This document shows, one piece after another, positions 12,032 through 21,802 of a stretch of 64,000 bases of DNA; position 1 is the first letter of the stretch, and every line of letters starts with the position of its first letter. The stretch covers positions 16,244,001-16,308,000 of the forward strand of contig NC_135822.1 of NCBI RefSeq assembly GCF_964213995.1, written 5' to 3'. The notes under the pieces are model-generated. The model was not told the origin of the DNA, ran no database searches, and saw only the letters and a list, made by a program, of their open reading frames with translations. The position numbers and the translations under genes are program-made. This DNA is from Mustelus asterias (Eukaryota).

Positions 12032-12118
12032 CTGTCATCGACAGACACAGTCAGACACCAGACACAGTCGGGGGAGTGGGTGGTTGTGAAAATCCTCTTC
12101 TCACTGGGATCCTCGCTG
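12032..12118 (-). pseudogene. PER3: PER3-like PAS-B exon relic: ARIPV/fs/EKRIFTTTHSPDCV...VDDR
   Basis: Near-exact Period signature (PRIPxxKRIFTTTHTPxCxFxxVDE) with AG|gtttgt donor. It is 87 bp versus the canonical 79 bp (1-nt deletion after RIPV plus a 9-nt duplication-like insertion), so it is frameshifted. Confidence 0.85.
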
Positions 12119-12359
12119 CTCAGAAAACAGAAGTAACATTTCAAAATAAAGTTCTGATAGAAAGACAAATTAAATAACAATTTCAGCTTCCCATCAGAAT
12201 AAAGTTAAAAAGTTGGTTACTTGCCTAACACACAGATAATTATCCCCCTCGCTAATTCTCCCCACACCTACCTAATCTATCTTGGGATTCTGTGTTCCAG
12301 TGAGGACAGGCTCAGGCTGTTCATTCTTTCCTGATAAATAAAAACTCTCAAATGTTAAG

Positions 12360-12653
12360 TTTTTTTTATTAGTGTCACAAGTAGGCTTACATTAACACTG
12401 CAATGAAGTTACTGTGAAAATCCCCTAGGTGCCACACTCCAATGCCTGTTCAGGTAAACTGAGGGAGAATTTAGCATGGCCAATGCACCTAACCAGCACG
12501 TCTTTCAGACTGTGGGAGGAAACCGGAGCACCCGGAGGAAACCCACGCAAAGAGAGAACGTGCAAACTCCGCACAGTGACCCAAACCGGGAATTGAACCC
12601 AGATCCCTGGCGCTGCGAGGCAGCAGTGCTAACCACTATGCCATTGTGTCGCC
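12360..12653 (-). mobile_element. HE1-like SINE
   Basis: Full reverse-complement SINE from tail to tRNA head. Confidence 0.9.
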
Positions 12654-13241
12654 CTCATTCTTGCAAACCTTTTTTTACACTTTCTCCAGTGCATCTACTT
12701 CCTTTCAATAATATGAGAATTTCAATACTGCTGCCAGAATGGGAGCCAACGTAAGCCAGTGAGGACAGAGGTGAAGGGAACTTGGTGAGAGTTAGGACAG
12801 GGGCTAGAGAGGTTTGGATGACCTAGACTTTCCAGAGGGTGTAATAGGGTAGGTCAGCCAGCAGTGCATTGAATCTGGAGGTAACAAAGGGACGGATGAA
12901 AGTTTCAGCCCGAGATGGGAGCTGAGATAGAGTTAGAAATCGGGCAATGTTACAGAGCTGGAAATTGACAGTCATTGACGGAGCAGATTTGTGGTCAGAA
13001 GCTCATGATAGGGACCGAAGCCACAGTTGCCAACAGCCTGGTTCAGTTGTCAGTTGACAGGCAGAGCGGTGAAGTTGGTGGTTGGAGAATGGAGTTTGGA
13101 AACACACTGCACAGGTGAATGTATGAATGCCTCACAAAAGCATAAACAAAAGGGAGATATAAAATGTTGCAAAGGGATGAATTGGAGCCCCATCCCTTTA
13201 AAAGGAGCGGCTGATGACTTTGTTCAGCTTGCTGAACTTAC

Positions 13242-13393
13242 CATGGACTTGTTTCACACATTGAAGTGTGTGGTTAAGAGCTTCTGCCCCAGTGACAGTG
13301 GATTTGCTACAATTCCTGCACTCTGTCATCCTCTTCATCTCCCACACTGTTTGTGCTACCCCCTGGTGAACTCTATCTTGGATGACCAAATCA
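13242..13393 (-). pseudogene. PER3: PER3-like exon relic (N-terminal helical exon): DLVIQDRVHQGVAQTVWEMKRM...KST...EALNHTLQCVKQVH
   Basis: tacag| acceptor and G|gtaagt donor. Resembles the Period motif 'EMK...KPSTLDALNYALRCV(H/K)(S/Q)VQ'. The frame is open but contains indels relative to recalled PER sequences. Confidence 0.75.
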
Positions 13394-14907
13394 CTGTAGA
13401 CCCAACGGCAGATTATCACTTACAGAAACCTTGTGCTTTATAAAAAATAATACCGTTGCAATCCTTCAGCATGCTGGGCAGTGGGTAGAGGGAGGAGGTC
13501 CTGGGATGAAGGGTTCCATTCTCAACCTTGTCAGCATCCTGGGAATGCAGACTATAACAAGAACTTACATTTATATTGAGCTTTTATCAAAGTATAAATG
13601 TCCCAAATCACCAATGAAGAATGTTCCACTCCCTTCAGGAACCGTACCCCAAGAGGGCATTAGCGATGATGGATTTCCATGATTGGCCACTTATTACTCT
13701 TGGCGAAGTATGGCAGTGAATTGCCATTGCCTTCTGCAGCATGTCTGAGCAGGAAACTCTCCCACTTTTACTGCCTGTTGTCAGGTATATCAGAAGGATA
13801 AAGCAACCTGTTTGGCCACATTATGAACACACCTTCCACGTCCATGGAGTCCCGAAGTGGGACTTGAATCCAAAGTTTCTGACCCAGAGACAGGGCGTTA
13901 TCGATGTACCACAAGACCTCCCCCCAGCAGCATTATCCAATAAAATTTGACACAGCCACATTAGGAGATATTTGGATAGATTACCAAAAGCTTGCTTCGA
14001 AGAGCTAGATTTTAAGGAGAAGAAAGTGTTAGAGAGGTGGAGTGAAATTCAGAGCGCTGGGCATCAGCCAAGCATTACATCAGAGGATGTTCAGAGGGAG
14101 TGGATGTCACAGTTAAGCCAAATCCTGTTATCACACAGCATTTACACACAGGTTCTGATGGGGAGCAGGAGAATGTCACCACTTCCTGAATCTGGGATAA
14201 TCCAGAGCAACTTAAATTTATATTGCGCCTTTAACCTAAAAAAATGTACCAAGGAGCTTCACATGGAGCTTTATAAAACAGAGAAGGACACCCAGCTATA
14301 GGGGGAGATATTAGATCAGGCGACCAAGAACCTGGTCAAAAAGAGTTAAATTTTAAGAAGTGATGTAAAGGTGGAAGGCGAGGGAGGGAGAGGTGGATAG
14401 GTGTAGGGAGGGAGCTTGGAGCCTGGGCAACTGAAGGCACGGCCACCAATGGTGGAGTAATTATAATCAGGGATGCTCAAGATACCACACCCCGGGGGGT
14501 GGGGGGGGAGAGGGGGAGGCTGCAGAGAAAGGCAGGGTCACAGCCATGGGGGGAGTTGAAGACAAGGATGAGAATCCTAATGTCAAAGTGTAGCAAGGGG
14601 CCACAAAAAGTTCGACATTTCACAAGGAAATCAGGAATGACTTGGTCATACAATCCGTGGAAATCTAGAAAATCATGATTCCCAAAAATGTCCTGGGGGT
14701 CAACTGGAACTTTTAAGACTGAGATGTATGAATTTATGTTGGGTATCGATTTCCACGGGATATGGAACAATGGCTGGTAAATGGAGTTGAGCTGTAGACC
14801 TGCCACGATCTAGCTAATGGGGAGGCAGCTTTGAGAGACTGAATAGCCGCCTCCTGTTCCTATAAGAGGGAGACCAACTCTGCACCAACCCTGTCAGACT
14901 ATCATTA

Positions 14908-16457
14908 TAAACCCGGGGAAATGTATCCTCGGATTCTTTGGGAGGCAAGGGATGAGATTGCAGAGCCTTTGGCTTTGATCTTTGGGTCCTCGCTGTCCAC
15001 GGGGATGGTGCCAGAGGACTGGAGAATGGCGAATGTTGTTCCTCTGTTTAAGAAAGGGAATAGAAATGACCCTGGTAGTTATAGACCAGTTAGTCTTACT
15101 TCGGTGGTTGGTAAATTGATGGAAAAGGTCCTTAGAGGTGGGATTTACGACCATTTAGAAAGATGCGGATTAATCCGGGATAGTCAGCACGGATTCGTGA
15201 AGGGCAAGTCGTGCCTCACAAATTTGATAGAATTTTTCGAGCAGGTAACTAAGTGTGTTGATGAAGGTAGGGCAGTTGATGTCATATACATGGATTTTAG
15301 TAAGGTGTTTGATAAGGTCCCCCATGGTCGGCTTATGATGAAAGTGAGGAGGTGTGGGATAGAGGGAAAGTTGGCCGATTGGATAGGTAACTGGCTGTCT
15401 GATCGAAGACAGAGGGTGGTGGTGGATGGAAAATTTTCGATTGGAGGCAGGTTGCTAGTGGAGTGCCGCAGGGATCAGTGCTTGGTCCTCTGCTCTTTGT
15501 GATTTTTATTAATGACTTAGATGAGGGGGCTGAAGGGTGGATCAGTAAATTTGCTGATGACAGCAAGATTGGTGGAGTAGTGGATGAGGTGGAGGGCTGT
15601 TGTAGGCTGCAAAGAGACATAGATAGGATGCAAAGCTGGGCTGAAAAATGGCAAATGGAGTTTAACCCTGATAAATGTGAGGTGATTCATTTTGGTAGGA
15701 CTAATTTAAATGTGGATTACAGGGTCAAAGGTAGGGTTCTGAAGACTGTGGAGGAACAGAGAGATCTTGGGGTTCATATCCACAGATCTCTAAAGGTTGC
15801 CACTCAAGTGGATAGAACTGTGAAGAAGGCCTATAGTGTGTTAGCTTTTATTAACAGGGGGTTGGAGTTTAAGAGCCGTGGGGTTATGCTGCAACTGTAC
15901 AGGACCTTGGTGAGACCACATTTGGAATATTGTGTGCAGTTCTGGTCACCTCACTATAAGAAGGATGTGGAAGCGCTGGAAAGAGTGCAGAGGAGATTTA
16001 CCAGGATGCTGCCTAGTTTGGAGGGTAGGTCTTATGAGGAAAGGTTGAGGGAGCTAGGGCTGTTCTCTCTGGAGTGGAGGAGGCTGAGGGGAGACTTAAT
16101 AGAGGTTTATAAAATGATGAAGGGGATAGATAGAGTGAACGTTCAAAGACTATTTCCTTGGGTGGATGGAGCTATTACAAGGGGGCATAACTATAGGGTT
16201 CGTGGTGGGAGATACAGGAAGGATATCAGAGGTAGGTTCTTTACTCAGAGAGTGATTGGGGTGTGGAATGGATTGCCTGCAGTGATAGTAGAGTCAGACA
16301 CTTTAGGAACATTTAAGCGGTTATTGGATAGGCACATGGAGCACACCAGGATGATAGGGAGTGGGATAGCTTGATCTTGGTTTCAGATAAAGCTCGGCAC
16401 AACATCGTGGGCCGAAGGGCCTGTTCTGTGCTGTACTGTTCTATGTTCTATGTTCTA
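14908..16457 (+). mobile_element. 5'-truncated CR1/HER1-like LINE (RT domain, one frameshift ~15440)
   Basis: ORFs 14921-15502 and 15463-16374 with [32 protein letters not shown]; (TTCTATG)n tail. Confidence 0.95.
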
Positions 16458-17228
16458 ATTCCATTGCTGTATTCCCACCTCAGCAGCATGTGAGCTTTCC
16501 CCCATTCCCCCTAGGATCCTTCACGAGTTCCCCGTTCCACACATAAGGGCAACCTCCAACCAACTCAGTGGTGGCTTTCAGAGGGTGAAACAGGAAGGCA
16601 GTTCTCAAAAAGCAAAAGAAAAACCAACACAAATCAAATCAGATCAGCAACAGAAATGCAGCTGCTATCTGGTTGCTGACAGTTCCCACTAGGAACTAAC
16701 ATAGTGTCAGTTGGGCTCAATCTTACACAATTCTCCTCATATTCATTCAAACACAGAAATTGCATTTACATCGAGTTGCAAAATGTCCCAAGATGTTTTC
16801 CATGAGCTTTGTTAGAGAACATTTGATTCCAAGCCACATAAAGGAAATATGATAAAATAGATAATGAAGACTTGAACAGATTGAACATCTGCCTAATCTT
16901 TGTAAACTTTGCAGAGAAAACCCAAGAGTTGCTGCTCATCATTCCAGGTTTGGGGGGGGGGGGGGGGAGGGGGGGGGGGGGTGGCGGGGGCGCGGGGGTG
17001 CGGGGATCTTACCAAAAAAATTCAAAGTCCCAAACGGAGCGTGAAAACAGAAGAGTTTCAGATCCTTCTTTCCAGCCAGGCCACAAGTCCAATCTTATGC
17101 CACTCTGTGAAAAAAATATTGCCAAATCTGTTTCCTGCCAGTAGGAGTAGGGATAGGAGGAGGGGAAGGGAGCAGGGCCTAAGTTTGTCAAATCCACAGC
17201 ACTGAAAAGAATGAAAGGTAAAAGACCA

Positions 17229-17727
17229 AGGGGGTAATCATAGCTCATCGCCAACGATCGATTGGAACCCTGCCCTCCCCCCCTCCCCGGTTGAAGCCCG
17301 TTTTAGAGTGCGCAGCACCCCCCTGCCTGCCTCCACTTAGGCCATGCCCCCTCCTAGTAGGCAGCACTCCTTTGGCACTGCCAGTGTGCCAGGCTGGCAG
17401 TGCCAGTGTGCCAGGCTGGCAGTGCCAGCATGCCAGACTGGCAGTGCCCAAGGGGCACTGCACCCCCTGTCCTCAACCTCCTACCGGTGAGGCCATCACC
17501 ACAGGTCCCCATTGATGCGGACCATACGTGATCCTCACCGTTGAGCATTGATTTAAATATTATAATCAGCCTCACACCCTTTTGGGGCACAAAGGCTGAT
17601 CTCACCAGGTAGCCGATCCCGGTAAGATCATGATAGGTGAGAAATCGGGTGTGAACCTAATTTTCCGCCTATATCGCAATCTTACTGGTTCGTCCGCCTG
17701 TCAGGACGAGAAGGCAAAATCACCCCC
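17229..17727. mobile_element. Non-autonomous DNA transposon / MITE-like element (PIF/Harbinger-type ends) with internal TGCCAGGCTGGCAG repeats
   Basis: Ends ggggtaatc ... aaaatcaccccc; internal tandem repeats at 17371-17450. Confidence 0.5.
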
Positions 17728-18108
17728 TTGGTCTTTTATCGTTCATTCTTTTTAGTGCAGTGGGTTTAGCTTCTCTGGGAACCCTTCCAGGGAATTCCCA
17801 CTTTCAGGGAATTGTCTCTGCTGTTGCTCAGGAATGACTTTCTTCAGCAAACCCACTGGTGTCTTCATGCTGCTGTCCAGAGTTACATTTTGGCACTTTC
17901 CTTGGTTGAGACATGCCCTCATGCCTTGATGCCTTTGGAGGCAGCACAGTGACACAGTGGTTAATTCTGCTGCCTCACAGCACCAGGGACCCGGGTTCAA
18001 TTCCGGCCTTGGGTGACTGCCCGTGTGGAGTTTGCACATTCCCCCCCGTGTCTGCATGGGTTTCCTCTGGGTGCTCCGGTTTCCTCCCACACTCCAAAGA
18101 TGTGCAGG

Positions 18109-20814
18109 TGTGACGTTACTGTGCCTTTAAGAAATTTATTTTTAATCATGTTCTCTGCAGCTATAAACAGCTTTGGTTCTTTTTAAATCATTGTGGCACA
18201 GGCTGCCTAATTAGATGTCCTTTTACTGCTGCTTAAATGGGGTTTTGTCTATTTTTATTCTGGGCCTAATGTACTCTCGAGGAGTTTGGAATTATCGTGG
18301 GAAGAATGATTGACAAGTCTGGTGGGACAGTTTTTTTTGCTCTCTCCCAAGAGTTCTTTCACTTTCAGTTTGGCTGCTGGAAGTTGTTGGACTCCAGACT
18401 GAAAAGCAGCTTTTCTGTGTCTCCCTGGTATTAGAAATTCAGCTGGCAAGTTGTTTGCAGTCTTCCTTGTCTCTCTGGAGTGAAAATTCTATGTCGGTTC
18501 GATGGCTGGCTAGCCAGTAACTAGAGGCAAGGATTGCCTCTGCCTTTTGCAGGCGTTTGCTGGTTGAAAACTAGAGGCCAGCAGTGGCTCTATCGTTACC
18601 TCGAGCTCTGCTGGAAATTACAGGGCTGGGATGTCAGAGTTTCAATTCCCTATCTAAAGGAGTAATTCACAACAGGTGTTGGAGAGCTTGGAAAATCCAG
18701 CATGACGTAAGCATCCTTATTTTCTGTGCTAAACTTGGGATGGGTGTATGTTTGTAAGGAGGCTTGTTTGGTTGGAACAGTGTATTTAGTTGTTAATATT
18801 TATACAATATTATACAATAGCGGTGGACATTAAGAAAGAGGATGTGTTGGAAATTTTGAACAGCATCTAGATAAGTCGCCGGGACCGGATGGGATGTACC
18901 CCAGGTTACTGTGGGAGACGAGGGAAGAGATTGCAGAGCCTCTGGCGATGATCTTTGCGTCATCGATGGAGACGGGAGAGGTTCCGGAGGATTGCAGATG
19001 TGGTTCCTATATTCAAGAAAGGGAATAGGGATAGCCCAGGAAATTACCGACCGGTGAGTCTAACCTCAGTCGTTGGTAAGTTGATGGAGAAGATCCTGAG
19101 GGACAGGATTTATGAACAGTTAGAGAAGTTTAGTATGCTCAAAAGTAGTCAGTACGGCTTTGTCAAAGGCAAATCGTGCCTTACGAGCCTGGTGGAGTTC
19201 TTTGAAAATGTGACTAAACACATTGACGAAGGAAAAGCGGTAGATGTGGTTTACATGGACTTCAGCAAGGCGTTCGATAAGGTCCCCCATGCAAGACTTC
19301 TCAAGAAAGTGAGAGGGCATGGGATCCAAGGGGCTGTTGCCTTGTGGATTCAGAACTGGCTTGCCTGCAGAAGGCAGAGAGTTGTTGTGGAGGGGTCTTT
19401 TTCTGAATGGAGGTCGGTCACCAGTGGAGTGCCCCAGGGATCTGTTCTGGGACCCTTGATGTTTGTCATTTTCATAAATGACCTGGATGAGGAAGTGGAG
19501 GGATGGGTTGGTAAGTTTGCCGACGACACGAAGGTTGGTGGTGTTGTGGATAGGTCTTTTTCTGAATGGAGGTCGGTCACCAGTGGAGTGCCCCAGGGAT
19601 CTGTTCTGGGACCCTTGATGTTTGTCATTTTCATAAATGACCTGGATGAGGAAGTGGAGGGATGGGTTGGTAAGTTTGCCGACGACACGAAGGTTGGTGG
19701 TGTTGTGGATAGGTTGGAGAGATGTCAGAAGCTGCAGTGTGACAGAGGTAGGATGCAAGACTGGGTGGAGAAGTGGCAGATGGACTTCAACCCGGATAAA
19801 TGTGTAGTCGTCCATTTTGGCAGGTCAAATGGGATGAAGGAGTATAATATCAAGGGTAAGACTCTTAGCAGTGTAGAGGATCAGAAGGACCTTGGGGTCC
19901 GGGTCCATAGGACTCTTAAACCGGCCTTGCAGGTAGAGGAGGGGGTTAAGAAGGCATATGGTGTGCTGGCCTTCATCAATCGAGGGATTGAGTTTAGGAA
20001 TCGGGAGATAATGATGCAGCTTTATAAGACCCTCGTCAGACCCCACTTGGAGTACTGTGCTCAGTTCTGGTCGCCTCCTTACAGGAGGGATGTGGAAATG
20101 ATTGAAAGGGTGCAGAGAAGATTGACAAGGATGTTGCCTAGGTTGGTTGGCATGCCTTATGAGGAGAGGCTGAGGGAGCTCGGTCTTTTCTCCTTGGGGA
20201 GACGAAGGATGAGAGGTGACCTGATAGAGGTGTACAAGATATTGAGAGGTATAGATCGGGTGGATTCTCGGAGGCTTTTTCCCAGGGCTGAAATGGCTGC
20301 TACAAGAGCTCACAGGTTTAAGGTGCTGGGGAGTAGGTACAGAGGAGATGTCAGGGGTAAGTTTTTCACTCAGAAGGTGGTGGGTGAGTGGAATCGGCTG
20401 TCGTCAGTGGTGGTGGAGGCAAACTCGATAGGGTCTTTTAAGAGACTTCTGGATGAGTACATGGGACTTAATGGGATTGAGGCTTATAGGTAAGCCTATA
20501 TATAAGCCGAGGTAGGTAGGGACATGACCGGCGCAACTTGTGGGCCAAAGGGCCTGATTGTGCTGTATTTTTTCTATGTTCTAATATCATTTTTTTTTCT
20601 TGCTTGTAATTGGTAAAAGTTATTGCAAATTTTCTTTCTGAATGGTAACTGTATTCTTAAATAAACTTTGTTTGATAAAGGCTCCCTAGTGGTTATTTGA
20701 ATCATATCTGGAGTGAAACATCTTATGCTTACCCACGTCAAATTCAAAGTGCAAAACTTATTGTCTAGGCTGACTTCATAAAATATCTTGGAATTTCTGA
20801 CCTGGACTATAACA
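18109..20814. mobile_element. Solo LTR (~0.95 kb once the CR1 insert is removed)
   Basis: TGTGAC...ATAACA termini flanked by a 4-bp TSD CAGG (18105-18108 and 20815-20818). Confidence 0.8.
18815..20582 (+). mobile_element. 5'-truncated CR1 LINE inside the solo LTR, with an internal 159-bp tandem duplication
   Basis: ORF 18955-20493 with RT motifs; 19394-19552 is repeated at 19553-19711. Confidence 0.95.
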
Positions 20815-21539
20815 CAGGTTAGATTGATTGGCTTTGCTAAAGTGCCCCTTAGTGTCTCAAGATGTGTAGGTTAGAGGATTAGTGTGTGGGGTACAGGGAT
20901 AGGGCATGGGTAAGATGTTCCATCAGAGGGTTGGTGCAGACTCCGAGTCGAATGGCCTCCTTCAACATGGTAGGGCTTCAATAATGTCGGAGTACAGTGG
21001 AGATTCCCAATTCTTGGAAATCACAACTGGATCCAGGAAAAGTCTCTCTCTGGCTCCTGGTAGTTCTATTTCACTCTCCAGTCACTCTGGATGACCTGTT
21101 GTCTCTGTTCTGCACCTGCTCTCCCTCTCTCTTTCAGGTTTAGTACGGAATAAAACCTTGAGTCAACAAGCTAACCACGGCAGGATGGTGGAATTTGAAC
21201 TCAAAAGAATATCTGGAATAAAGAATCTACTGATGACCATGAAATCGTTGCTGATTTTTGGGAAAACCCATCTGGTTCACTCCTGTACTTTAGGGGAGGA
21301 AACCTGCTGTCCTTACCCAGTTTGGCCTACATGTGACTCCAAAGCCACTGCAATATGGTTGACTCTCAACAAGGGCATAGGGATGGGCAATAAATGCTGG
21401 CTAGTCAGCAATGCCCATGTCCTACAAATGAATAACCCCCCCACCCCACCCAAATCCTCAAGGATCTCATGTGGCTGCACAATGAGAAAGTGGAGAGTTC
21501 TTAAATGGACAGCCTCCCAATGCTATTGTCCGTTCCTAG

Positions 21540-21640
21540 CACGGGGCCTCACCCAGCCAGAAGTCACGCGCTGCCTTTTGATTGGACAGGCTGCCCCAGC
21601 AATGAGCTGATTGGTGGGCTGTCCATGCTTTCCTGCTCAT
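21540..21640 (-). promoter_or_regulatory. Candidate PER3 promoter relic (E-box-like CACGCG + two CCAAT boxes)
   Basis: CACGCG 21565-21570, ATTGG 21581-21585 and 21610-21614, in unique sequence between the VAMP3 polyA site and the PER3-like exons. Confidence 0.4.
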
Positions 21641-21802
21641 ATGCAGTGAAGCTCAGTCCAGAACACTGACTCCTGCCATTGCCTGCACTCCGAACAAACA
21701 TTGATATTTGCAATCCAACACGTACACACAACCTCTTTGGACAGATTAGATATGTTGATTTGAAAATACAACACAGAAAGAGATCAACTAGTCTGTGCGA
21801 AT

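Larger units (their letters stand above)
17938..20975 (+). mobile_element. HE1-like SINE split by a solo LTR (halves 17938-18108 and 20815-20975)
   Basis: The SINE body ...aaagatgtgcagg resumes as caggttagattgattggc... after the insertion. Confidence 0.85.

Noticed and set aside
12255-12335. Exon-like segment with good acceptor and gtaggt donor inside the PER3 relic
   Set aside because: No recognisable similarity to any Period exon in any frame.
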